NCBI GenBank assembly: GCA_010909165.1
Contig: VJWM01000151.1
Span: forward strand, 124,001 to 188,000
Length of the DNA stretch: 64,000 nucleotides
From: Anthoceros angustus
Lineage: Eukaryota; Plantae; Anthocerotophyta
Direction: 5' to 3'
In this document: one piece after another, positions 1 to 10,915 of the stretch
Layout of the letters: each line of letters opens with the position of its first letter
Position numbering within the stretch: the first letter of the stretch is position 1
Notes under the pieces: model-generated
Told to the model about the DNA's origin: nothing
Seen by the model: the letters and a program-made list of their open reading frames with translations, nothing else
The model's database searches: none
Program-made: the position numbers and the translations under genes

Positions 1-580
1 CAAGAGATAGGAAGTCCCCATCTACACCCGGGCGATGGAACAACCCTCTAGAGGCCCCAAGCGCCAAAGGGGACTAGCCCCCCATTGTCAACCCCGATTC
101 AAAGAGACAAATAAGCAATGAAAGAAACAGCAAGATATTGTTTCTTTCACAACTACATTGTCCGTGGACTGAAAGAGATTTCTTTTTCAAGAATCGCTAT
201 TTAATTTATCTATGTTCTAAGATTCGGTTTTTGTAACCAGATTCTAATATACTTATTTAGACTTTTAATCGAGTACATCATTTTTAGATGATAAACAAAC
301 ATGACAAATTTTGAAGACCCCAAAATGGAAGTTGGTCTTTTTTATGCTTAATGTCCACCTGAGGTCAAGAAGTTAAACTTTTGATTGACAATTTCATCTT
401 GAAACACAATTCTCCATTCATTGTAGATTATTGTAGCAGACAAGGTAATGTATACAACTCCCATCACCTTTTCCGCCTTCTCAATTTCTCAAGTGTACAA
501 AAAAATGTACATATATAAAGTCCCCAATTCAAATCACTTCCATTGACCAGGGGCGGAACAAACATGCAGATAAGCTTTGT
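1..580 (-). pseudogene. Diverged paralogue of the array's F-box-C-terminal-like segment (3' part)
   Basis: 1-580 aligns by eye with array 19031-19590 (caagagataggaagtccccatctacacc..., caatttcatcttgaaacacaattctccat...). Minus-strand peptide FVPPLVNGSDLNWGLYICTFF matches array PPLVNGSVWNWRLYIFTF. Contains stops and frameshifts. Confidence 0.6.
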
Positions 581-1419
581 ATCATGAGCTTCTCGTGATC
601 CTAAGGATGCAGCAATCATTGTGAAAGGTAGGTCTCTTCTTACATGAGCCGTTACAGTTTGACCTTTGAAATGGTGCACAAATTTCCTTTTCTTTGGTCT
701 GGTGCAACGTTGTGATCTGGATCATGTGCTGATACTTGGAGGTGGACTTGCAGAGAAGGTGCGTATAAGTAGGAAGCCGAAGGGGTGGAGGCCAGGGCCA
801 GGAGGTGAATCTAAGTACGATGACTCGAAGTCTGAGTATGATGCTCAAAGCGTAGAGGTTGATCGGGACCAGGATTTTTGTCCAAATTTCAAAAGAAACT
901 GACCTAAGCAACCAAAGCTTTATTAGTATGCATGTACGGCCTTGCTGGAAAGAAAACGAGTATCACCACATCCTCCATAATGCTGTTTTACTGAAGGGCG
1001 ATGATACACATGTCCCTTGTATCAAGCGGATCCTCATAATCGTATTGTAGCAAATGTTGATTGCGCCTATGGCCACACTCTTTGTGGAGGATCGATAATT
1101 CGCTTTCTATGTGAATAAAGTAAAACATATGTGCAAAAAAAAAGACAAAAAAATAAAATAAGGAAGATCTGTTTTTTAGAAAAGGAAATCGAATATTTGG
1201 TAAATATTCCTACTGAGGAAGAAATGGAAGAAATAATCCGAGAGTTGGAAAATACTCCCAGAGTTGGATGACAACACGTTGAAACTCAGATGTGACTTGT
1301 AGAGAGAACCCATATTGAGTGATTTGAAGGACAACACGTGAAAGGAATTTGACAGGTGCGTTTTACTCTACGTATTTGAATAGCGCAAACTGGAAGACAT
1401 TCGTCATTCTATGAAGTCA

Positions 1420-1774
1420 AAACTAAAATCGTTCAACTTCTAAGGCCTCTTGAAATGGAGGTTGGCGGCCTTTTTACTCATGAGGAAAAGAATATCCTTC
1501 CTCAAGAAGAAAATGAATATCAATGTAGATATATGTATTCAAGAAAAACAAATATTTGTACGACGACATTCTTCCAAAAGAAGAGGACAAATATAAGGAG
1601 GATATTATTTCTACTCAAGAAGTAAACCAATATGCCGAGCAAAATTTTACGCATCTTGAATCTAGATACGTTTTTTCTGAAGAAAGAAGAGAATATGAGT
1701 ATGAAGACATTCTTACAAAAGAAGTAAATCAATACGAGAAGACATTCTTACAAATCACGATCACGACATTGTGA
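1420..1774 (+). pseudogene. Remnant paralogue of the acidic ORF
   Basis: Translates to KTKIVQLLRPLEMEVGGLFTHEEKNIL... and DDILPKEEDKYKEDIISTQEVNQYAEQNFTHLESRY, which match KISAILPKHLGIECGDFL and EDISTQEINQYAEDISIHLQSRY of the 2210-3470 and array ORFs. Frameshifted. Confidence 0.7.
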
Positions 1775-1820
1775 ATGTGGGCCCAAGGGTCTTCAGCCTT
1801 ATTTTGACGACTTTATTAAC

Positions 1821-1960
1821 TTAGGAAATAGTTAGCTATATTGGGAAATAGCTAACTATATTGGGAAATAGCTAGTTATATTGGGAAATAGATAGCTATA
1901 TTGGAAAAAAAAACTAGCTGTATTAAGAAATAACTAGTTATATTATGAAATAGCTGCTAT
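1821..1960. repeat. About 7 degenerate copies of a 20-bp tandem repeat (ttgggaaatagctaactata)
   Basis: Seen directly with 20-bp periodicity from 1821. It lies in a TG...CA-bounded stretch (1770-2074) that resembles a solo LTR. Confidence 0.85.
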
Positions 1961-2209
1961 TATAATACCTTCTAAGTTAGGCAGTGCACTTGCCTGGGCC
2001 TATATAATCAACCACTTTGTTTTTGTTTATGCTTACTTCTCAATGCTTTTCACTTTCTTTCTTATGCTATAACACATTTAGAAGCTTAGTGAAAATCTAA
2101 TTTTCTTACTTATGCTCTAGAACTTTTAAAAGCTTGTTTGAAAAGTTTGACAAAGTGCTTCTTTGTCCTCTTCGGTAAACTGTAGAATCAAGTTATACGT
2201 TTTACAGTT

Positions 2210-3470
2210 ATGATGACCTTAAATAATTCCAATAACTTGGAGATACAAGTCACAAGAACTTGTTATGCAACTAATTTAGAAGAGAAGGCCAAAATTGCTC
2301 AACATCATCTCACAAGATCTCTTCTATCCACTGTGCAGATATATGCGTTAGGTCATGCTGTAAAAGATGCACAGACTCTGGTCAAAAGGATCATTGAAAC
2401 AAATCTTTTGCAATTGCAAGTAGACTTTAAATTGATTCCTTTCACGACGAGAAATCGTCCTACAATTAAAAAAGTAACCTGCACTATATATTGGGGAAGC
2501 CCCTCAAAATGTCGCTATATTTTCTTACTAGATCCCTTGTGGAGCAACAAAATTAGTGCCATACTTCCAAAACATCTCGGAATTGGGTGCGACGACTTCC
2601 TTGTTGACGATGAAGACACAAAAGATGAATATGGGGGGATTTTTTCTAAGTGAAGGAGAAGAAGAAGATTATGTGAAAAATAGTTTTGATGAAAACGAAA
2701 ATGAGTATGAGGAAGATGAAGAGGAAAACGAGTATACGCATAATAGTTTAACTGAAAAAGAAAACAAATATGAGGAAGACATTCATCTTGATGTGCAAGA
2801 CATGACAAAAATCGTTCAGGGTCCAAGGTATGAAAAAAATGAATGTAGCAGCTCCTTCCCTAATGGCGAAGGTATTCTTAGTGAGGGTGAAAACGATGAT
2901 GAGGGAATATTTCTTATTGAAGAGGAAGAAGATTATGCGAAGAACATTTTTGCTGAAGAGGGGGACGAGTATAAGGAAGATGATGAAGAAAAAGAATATA
3001 AAGAAGATGAAGAAGGAAACGACTATACGGAAAATGAAGAAGGAATCGATTATAATGACAAGCATATTTTTAGTGAAGAACAAGACGAATATGAGCAATA
3101 CATTTTTACTGAAGACGAATATGAGGAGGACATTTCTACTCAAGAGATAAACCAATATGCCGAGGACATTTCTATACATCTTCAGTCTAGATACATTTTT
3201 TATGAAGAAAAAAATCAATATGAGAACAAAGAAATTCTCTTAGAAGAAGCAAACCAATTTAAGAAGAACCAAGATATTTTTATAGAGCAAGAAAATGAAT
3301 GTGAGAAAGATATTTTTACTGAAGAGGAAAACAAATATGAAGAAGACGTCCTCAAGACATTCATTCAAGACATTCTTACTCCACAAGAAGATGAATATGA
3401 GGAACTATGGAATGCCATTTGCAACATGCCATATATTTTTGAAGACCCCGACTGTGCCTGCGATATATAA
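2210..3470 (+). CDS. Intronless acidic (E/D/Y-rich) protein of unknown family, with one frameshift near 2635
   Basis: ORFs 2210-2653 (147 aa) and 2556-3470 (304 aa) overlap. They join at the G-run ggggggatttttt, where array copies read YEGIFLS in one frame. N-terminal non-repetitive domain of about 135 aa followed by acidic quasi-repeats. Confidence 0.65.
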
Positions 3471-3639
3471 GCCGGAAGAATAAATGGACTTGATTAAATG
3501 GACCTACGGATGAAGGGGAGGGTATGTCACCTACTGGCGTTGCTTTCTAGAGGATCATTGATGAGAGGGCTTGTTGAAGCGAACCGAGACTCGTTATCTG
3601 AAGAATGCTGTGAAGTAGTAAAGGGATAACCTTGCACCA

Positions 3640-3850
3640 TGCTTACTTGCATGATACACTTTGGCGCAGGATTTGATAAATGTAGTGAAGTCCTTAGCCA
3701 ACACCCTATACAATTCAAGGCCGAGCGGAATGAATTGGTGGCCCGCTTGCATCCCGCTATATTTCTTAACTTTGAGAAGCACCGCTTCCGACAACAGCCC
3801 AACCTAGATTGGACCAGACCCTTTACTATCATGATTTATTTTTCACATTC
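3640..3850 (+). mobile_element. Possible Ty3/gypsy RT/RNase H connection remnant
   Basis: Peptide ...QQPNLDWTRPFTIM resembles the gypsy 'P.L...DW.KPF.I' motif. Heavily decayed. Confidence 0.3.
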
Positions 3851-4299
3851 AAGGGAGAGGTACCTCCTAGGTTAATTCCAACTGTTCGGTCCAAATGAGG
3901 CTGTGAACATCATCGTCTCCGGTGCTTAGGAGAGGGCGAGATGGCCATCGCTTAGCGCTCTTCATCTTATCAAAACATTAGCACTAGGCCTCTAAGTAGT
4001 CTGTCATTCTGGACAAATTGCAAGCCAACACCTTGCTCTTTACTCTAGAGAAAAGGAGGAGCACAAAGAGTAAGATTAAATAGTGCTAACCATCTCGGCA
4101 CTTGGCTCCGGTACTTAGGCCTCTCAGCGTGACCTCCTCCTCAAGGCTTCCGCTCACCTCACAAGCTTAGCTCCTCAGACTTTCTTAAGGCTTCCGCGAC
4201 CTCTAGGCTCCTATGATGTTCTTAAGAAGTGATCTTCTATGGCTACCTTCATCCCCTAATATATATACTAGGGGCTTTCTTCTTCCCTAAGCTCTAACT

Positions 4300-4452
4300 A
4301 TCACTTAACTCATATTTATCTTAACTTAATTTAATTATCAGTCAATTAATTTAATATCAATTACATTTAAATTAACTTAACTTATATTAACTATTCTTGA
4401 TTATAATTATAATTATATTATAATTATAATTATAATTATAATTATAATTAAT
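4300..4452. repeat. AT-rich low-complexity tract (ttataatta-like repeats)
   Basis: Seen directly: ttataattataattatattataattataattataatt... Confidence 0.8.
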
Positions 4453-5065
4453 TCAAGTTCCACTCCAGTTCACTGGACTTACCAGCTTCGATCAGGGACT
4501 TCTTACTAGTACTATGTATATGTTTTTAAAACCTAGAATAATTTGTACTTGTAACACAAAAGAATCATTTATGTAAGGTTACCAGCAATGCCTACTTGAC
4601 TAGACACTAGAATGTAGCACGTCTATGAGAAAACATAAGCCGGTCGAGACATGAGAGTCCTCTCTGCAAATAGCTCTCATCTCACTCTGATGAGATGTCT
4701 TCATCTCACTTATCTTGGAAGTTTGTGTTGATTTGGGTCTCATCAGGATATGTCTTGTCACACTTGGATATGGATTTGTTTGGGCTTTGCAAGGATAGCG
4801 GTTGGGACCCATCATGGCATCCCTACCACCTGAGTACGGCGACGTCAAAGCACAGCATGCCATGCGAGAAGGTTGAAGGCATAGCTCACCATGCCATGGA
4901 AGTTGCGGGCCCCGCCTCTATCTGAACCTTAAATTCAGCCAAATACATGACCCCAATTCAAGCTCCTGGACCACAGCTGACCAGGCCAACTTCTTTAGAG
5001 TGTCACAGAAGATACTCGCAAAAACGTCCTAGCAGAGAAGAAGGCCTTCAGCAACCATTAGCAAC

Positions 5066-6812
5066 CATGGCAGTAGTAGTAGTGCAGCTGAGGATGCGCA
5101 AAACTGGTGTGTTGTTCCTCGCCCTCATGCCCATTGTGTGTGTGATGCCTATTCCAACCAACTCGTCTGCGCTTGCGGATGGGCTCACCTTCTTCATCGC
5201 AGACAGTCTGGGCCCCAGCCCATGGCAGGGACAGGGCGAGGCATTGGGGCTCCTCAAGTCCAACAGAATCACAGGAGAGCCAAAGGATCCTGCAACACGC
5301 AACCTGCTGGCCTTAGGGATCGACACCTTCCCGAGGAAGGCTAACGCATCTTTCGACGCTCCTTATGCACCTCACGTGGGACTCGATCTCAACAGCCTCC
5401 AGTCTGCCAATGTGTCGTGCAACTCGTCCAGGGCGTCGGAAATCCGTATCGGCAGCAGCGTTGGAGTGTGGATCGAGTACTCTGATCTCCTGCGAGAGAT
5501 CAGCGTCAGCATTTCAGGGACTGCCTATCCAGTCCCGCCCACAAATGACGATGCAGAGCTGGTCCTGACCTACTCCAACTTCGACCTGGATGCCTGGGTC
5601 CAAGGAAGCGCCTACGTGGGTTTCTCGGCCTCAGCAGGCCTCGCTGGTGAAATCAACATCATAGAACAGAAGTATTTGTTCTTGGTGTTGGACTACCTGC
5701 TCTGCTAGTGTTTCTGACTTGGGCATTCCGGATTTGCTTTCGACCGGAGAGGAACAAAGAGGAACCGCTTTCAAGACATAAGATGGTGAGCTAGGCATAT
5801 GTCTGTGCAGGTGACCACAATCGGGGCTCTAAGGCACAAAAACCTGGTTTCATTGAAAGGATGGTGCTATGAGCGCGACGAGTTACTCCTCGTGTACCAG
5901 TACATGCCAAAAGGCAGCCTGGCGGACCACCTCTATCCCCGACCCGCTGCGGGTGCTGCAGTAGGGCTGGACTGGCGGACTAGGTACAGCATCATACAGG
6001 GTGTGGCAGATGCTCTTGGGCATCTGCATGGAGGCTGGGATGAATCAGAGGTGCACAGGGATATCAACGTGATGCTGGATGCCAACTTTGTTCCTAAACT
6101 TGGTGACTGTGGGCCCACAACCACGAAGCAAGACAGGACTTCTCATACTGTCAGTGCAGCAGCAGGTCCGTGTACATGGCTCAGCCAGTGCTTGTGAAGT
6201 TACTCTGAGTGACTCTTTGCTGTAAAAGCTCACGCCTCACGCCAGATAACGTCCCTGTTTGAAATTAGGAACACTCGGGTACCTGGCTCCTGAATGCTTA
6301 AGCAACCGGAGAGTTAGCCCAATTTCGGATGTCTACAGCTTCGGAGTGATGGTTCTCGAAATGGTGTGTGGAGGAAGCCTGTGGACTTGAGCAGACCACA
6401 GAACGAGAACATCCTTGTAAATTGGGCATGGAGTCTGTACCTCGCAGAAGACAGGTTGATGGAAGCCGTCTGCCCTTCTCTAAGGGAAGACTGCAACGAC
6501 GACGATGCCGAGATACTGCTACGCTTGGGTCTTATGTGCACATCCCTTAATTCTTCGAACAGGCTGAGCATGCGAAAGGTCGCCCACTTCTTAGAAGGCT
6601 CTCTAAAAGTGCAGCCTCACCTTCCCCCAGAGTCTCCCCCCACATTTTGCTCAATCACCCCCAAGCTCCCCCAGCGTAAAGCTACTTTGACATCACCAAC
6701 GCTGTCAACAGGAGCAATGGAGGCCGGCGTTGGTATGGGCTGTGCTCGGATTGAGCCCGAGGTAAATAGTCGAAGCCGAATGGCAGGGTCGGAGCAGCCA
6801 AAATCGGCCTAG
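5066..6812 (+). pseudogene. L-type (legume) lectin receptor-like kinase, internally deleted and frameshifted
   Basis: Lectin motifs ADGLTFFI, HVGLDLNSL, VWIEY and YVGFSASAG. Kinase exons 5811-6165 (LRHKNLVSLKGWCYERDELLLVYQYMPKGSL, HRDINVMLD, LGDCG) and 6269-6812 ([16 protein letters not shown]) with a 1-nt frameshift near 6372. No transmembrane segment and no kinase subdomains I-II are visible. Confidence 0.85.
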
Positions 6813-6903
6813 GGTCTTCTAATTTAGACAGCACAAAGTCTCGGCGAAACGCTGGACTCGCTTTCGGCTTTGTTTCCACTGTTGAGCCAGCTCGTCAGAG
6901 CCG

Positions 6904-7014
6904 CTGACAAGCAACATGGGCAGAATGGTTGAGGAGATGGAGCGGAAGCTGCGGAATGTGCTGGAACAGGCCTATGTTGGCAAGACGAAGGGGCTGGTCT
7001 TATCCGTGCACAGC
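6904..7014 (+). pseudogene. CPB: Fragment of F-actin capping protein beta subunit (C-terminal region)
   Basis: SNMGRMVEEMERKLRNVLEQAYVGKTKGLV matches the conserved capping-protein-beta motif NMGRMIEEMEGKLRNSLDQVYFGKT. The rest of the gene is not in the window. Confidence 0.75.
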
Positions 7015-7321
7015 GACGGAAAGTTAGTGCGGTTGTACCTCTGGCCCAAGTCTTCGCTAGCAGCTCTTCAAATTTACTTGATGAAGAGATGGAATCGTCG
7101 AGGAGAACGACGATGACAACATCTTGAAACCATGGCTCCAAGCACAGCTATTCTATGTCTACTAGTGTCAAGGTTTTGTATCGCACCGTGTTTTAGGTCA
7201 TTTGATCAAGTGCTGTTGTTCTGAGGGTTCTGTATAGTGTTCAGAGGCATTTAAGGCTAGAGTGGTCAACGGATTAAGTAAGACAAAGGCTAATTTCCTC
7301 GGAAAGCCTACAAGGTTGCAG

Positions 7322-8731
7322 CCTGCTCGTGGCCGGGCAACTGCAAGCCTCAGCTCTTGGATGCAATTGTCGGAAAACAATCTGTTGTATATCAGTCCCT
7401 GCTGGCGTTTCAATCACTTGCATCATGTATCGTCGGAGCATAATCCTTCTAATGTAGTCTTACTGCTCCTCAGGTCAAGCAGGTGAATTGCTGTCAGGGT
7501 GGGATCCACAACAGAATCTAGGGCGACCAAGTTCTGCAAAAGACAGAGGAAGCGGTGGTGGTTCAAGTGCTACTGTAGCAAAAAAGCTGTTCCTTCTGTG
7601 TGGAACTCCAGGGCCTGGGAAAAGTACTACAGCCGGACTTGTTTGCAGAGAGCTTTGTATTGAGTTCTTTGAGGTGCTGACTCCTGATTCCATCTCTGTG
7701 AAGCCATCTGCACTAGTTGTTTGGCATATTAGACTATTTGTTCTGTTGTCATTCATCTGATCTACGAGCACTGTGCCAGGAGGTTGTAGGTCAATGCAAG
7801 GGATTCCTGAGGAAAGGCAGTCGGTGACTCGTTTATAAAGAATGAAATGAAAGGCAGCGCAGCTAACTGCATAACGGGATGGTTAGCAGTGATTGCTTAA
7901 GCTTCCGCAATGCAGATGGGTAGAGCTGAAACGGAAATTTGCCAAGGACTGCGGGGTGTTCAGCTTCTCTGGGCAGCACCATGGTAAAGTTTTGTACTGC
8001 TTGCTGATTGTACTTTGTAGGGGACAAAGAGCCAAGGAAAGCAGCTCTAATCATGGGTGAAGTGGATGGTATGTTTGGAGGTGATTCAGTCGGGATTGCT
8101 GATTTGATAGGCAGCATCAAAGTCAGCAATATTCCCATCATTTGCGTATGTAATGACCGAATGCCGAAAACTGAGAACTCCCAGAAAGCCCACTACGCAG
8201 CAGGCCATTCTATGTTTGTAGTTATGAACGATTGTGATCGTCTGTTTCTCGACATGTCAGCAAGAGCTTATCTTTTCATAATGGTGCTGCACTCGACAAC
8301 TTCAGTGTTCTTGACATAGTAACTTCATTCACTGCAGATGGCAAAAAGGTTTAAGCAAGTTTCACAGGCAGAAGGGCTTCAAGTAGACGAGGTGCTCTGG
8401 TGCTCCTCTCGGACAAGCATACAATCTCCTCATCGTTTGGGCTACACTGTTTTATCCGGGTACCATGTTTTGACACTGTTACGTATGCCCTGTTTGGAAC
8501 GTAAGGTTGTGACCTTACACCCTAAATCAGGACGCTCGTAGTGGTCCTTGTCTGGTCGCCTAATGATCTTTGCAAAGTGTTTGGTAATACCAGGAGAAGT
8601 ACTTCAACCATCGTCCAAGTGGGGCTTCAAGGGATGACAATAGGTTATCAAGACTGGACCTGATTCTACAAGCAGCCTCACTAACTGAAGATGGCGACTT
8701 GCTTGATGTCCAAACTAGAAGATATCGTCAG
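7322..8731 (+). pseudogene. RFC1: Partial replication factor C subunit 1 (RFC1) copy with introns retained
   Basis: Exon remnants: WPGNCKPQLLDAIVGKQSV (7330-7386); KKLFLLCGTPGPGKSTTAGLV (Walker A, to 7673); LIMGEVDGMFGGDSVGIADLIGSIKVSNIPIICVCNDR (Walker B with D>G); QMAKRFKQVSQAEGLQVDE (to 8391); QEKYFNHRPS...DGDLLDVQTRRYRQ (8591-8731). Frameshift near 7485, and intervening exons are missing. Confidence 0.85.
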
Positions 8732-9179
8732 GGGCTCATTTATGCCAAGTATTAGTCTCTTCTGTTGAATGAATTTCTGTGCACTTCTAAAGCAATATTC
8801 TCCCACGTGTTTCTGAGGCACAAAACTCGAAAAAACGATCTGACAATTCTAAGCTTCCTTGTGCGAGCTTTCCCCACTATCGCGCCGGAGCTTATGGGCA
8901 GTTCTTAAAATATCAGTGGTCGGATGTGGGGCCCATTGGCAAGGAGGTTCTCCAATCTCCATGCTATAGACGAAGGGGCTCCATCCTTACAGTGTGCCTT
9001 GTCGGTTCTTGGTCTTTCTGATGTTGCTCATTAGAGGGTTGAGATCAGATTTGTAGCCAGTGTTCCTTAGGAAGCTCTCCTCCATCGTTTCGCCGCGCTC
9101 TGTTACAATTCTATCGCAAATGGTGAGCATCGCGGGAGCCTGGAGACTGAGGACGGCCCATTCGACTACAGCTTTCAGA

Positions 9180-10915
9180 ATGGGAGAGGCTCGAGTGCAA
9201 CTCACTGCAATATTGTTGCTGGCTTGGCCGCTGATGATCCTGGCGGATGTTTCTACGGGCCTCCCTCCTGGCGTGTGCTTCTGGCGCCAAGGCATTCTCC
9301 GTGACGGAAAGCTGGGCGGGACCCAGAGTCCCCGGGACTGTACCTTCCAGGTGAGTGGGGGCATCGTGTCCCCCAGTCCTCGAAGGTTTTTGAGAAAGCT
9401 TTGGGTTGTTTGAACACCAGGTCCGTCACCAGGATTTTCTCAAGTTGGGTTGTTTGAACACCAGGTCCGTCACCAGGATTTTCTCAAGTTGGGTTGTTTG
9501 AACACCAGGTCCGTCACCAGGATTTTCTCAAGTTGCTGGGGCCGTCGCCAGTGGTGGAGTTTGAGGTCGCAGCCGATGCACATGAGGGAGCTGTTTACTA
9601 CCCGGACAAAGGCGAGTTGTACTTTTCCACGACGAGATTGCCAGGCGCACCCATCAAGGTTGTGCTCCTCCTTCGGTAAAGTCTAGCATTGAGCTGTGCC
9701 GCCATGTGGAAGTTCAGAAAGGCACCAAACTTTGAGCGGTGTTGCAGTTGCGGAAGTTTGCTCTCAAGGACAAGAAAGTGACGACCGTGGTGGAGGATAC
9801 CGATATTGCCAACGGCATGGTTTTGGACCACGATGGCAATCTACTGGTCTGTGAGATGGGGCGGATGAATGTTCCTGGATACATTGAGAAGATCAATCTC
9901 ACCTCTCTGCAGTCAACCACTGTTGCTGACAATTGGTTCAACATACCATTCAACAGTCCTAACGACGCTGTTGTGAAGAGCGACAAATCCATTTGGTTCA
10001 CCGACCCTGACTACGGGAGGTAATCTGGCCACTTATGTTGTTACAGACTGGAGCATTTCCTCAGTCCACGCAAACCTAATTTTCCGCCATGGATATGTAC
10101 TGGCAGCGTCCAAGGATATGCAGGGGCCCCAAGAGTGAACAACCAGGTGTACAGAATTGACCCCGATGGGACAGTGGATGTGGTGGCCGATGGGTTCTCC
10201 AAGCCAAACGGATTGGCCTTCTCCGAGGATGAGAAGCTCCTCTACGTGGCTGACTCGGGCTACTTAACAGGGTGTGCTCAGCTCCCAGAGCTCTGACGAC
10301 CCACGTACCTGAGTCCTCCTGTACTTTGAAGATGTCATCTTGACCCTCATCTTGATCTCACTCCATGGCAGCACATGCACTGACTAAGAGTTTTCGTGTT
10401 CCAGGCTACAAACGTTTGATATTCGAGGACCTCACTCTGTGACTGTCTTCGATGTCCGTGGCCGCACTCTAACGAACAGGCGCTTTTTCACCTCGGTTGC
10501 TCGCTACGATGGTGCTGCCCTTGGAATCCCTGACGGTATCAAGGTGGACACCAGGGGGAATGTGTACATAGCCACCTTTGACGGTATCCAAGGTCTGTTG
10601 CAGATATTGCTGTGCTTCAAGGTTGTCTCGCCGTTCCCAAACTGGAGAGTTGATATGCTCACGCCATGTGCTATGGGCGCAGTGTTCGACAAAGAAGCAC
10701 AAGCATTGGGACGAATCGTTGTGCCTGGAGCAGTGAATATGGGCTTTGGGGGCCCCAAGCTCGACACCCTCTACATCCTTAACGAAACGGCTATCCTCTC
10801 TGTCCAACTGAAGGCCACCGGAGCGGGCCTAGCGTACGCTGCTAATTATCACAATTTGCCGGTTCACGAGTTAGATGATTCGGGTGGCCTGGCCAGAATT
10901 TGCAAAATATATTGA
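9180..10915 (+). CDS. Secreted SMP-30/gluconolactonase/LRE-family lactonase (about 392 aa, 6 exons)
   Basis: Exons 9180-9350, 9509-9658, 9748-10019, 10107-10271, 10405-10592 and 10683-10915, all GT-AG and frame-consistent. Hydrophobic N-terminus AILLLAWPLMILA. Family motifs HEGAVY, NGMVLD, SPNDAVV..D.SIWFTDPDYG, PNGLAFSEDEKLLYVADS and PDGIKVD..GNVY. Confidence 0.88.
9401..9532. repeat. Three perfect tandem copies of a 44-bp unit spanning the intron 1 / exon 2 junction
   Basis: ttgggttgtttgaacaccaggtccgtcaccaggattttctcaag at 9401, 9445 and 9489. Confidence 0.97.

Noticed and set aside
2626-2653. Programmed frameshift at ggggggatttttt
   Set aside because: Array copies are in frame here, so a homopolymer sequencing error or a simple indel is more likely.
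3880-4555. Second solo-LTR candidate ending in gtaaca
   Set aside because: No clear 5' end, no TSD and no partner LTR in the window.
9401-9532. CRISPR-like appearance of the 44-bp repeats
   Set aside because: No spacers. They are contiguous tandem copies inside a eukaryotic gene.
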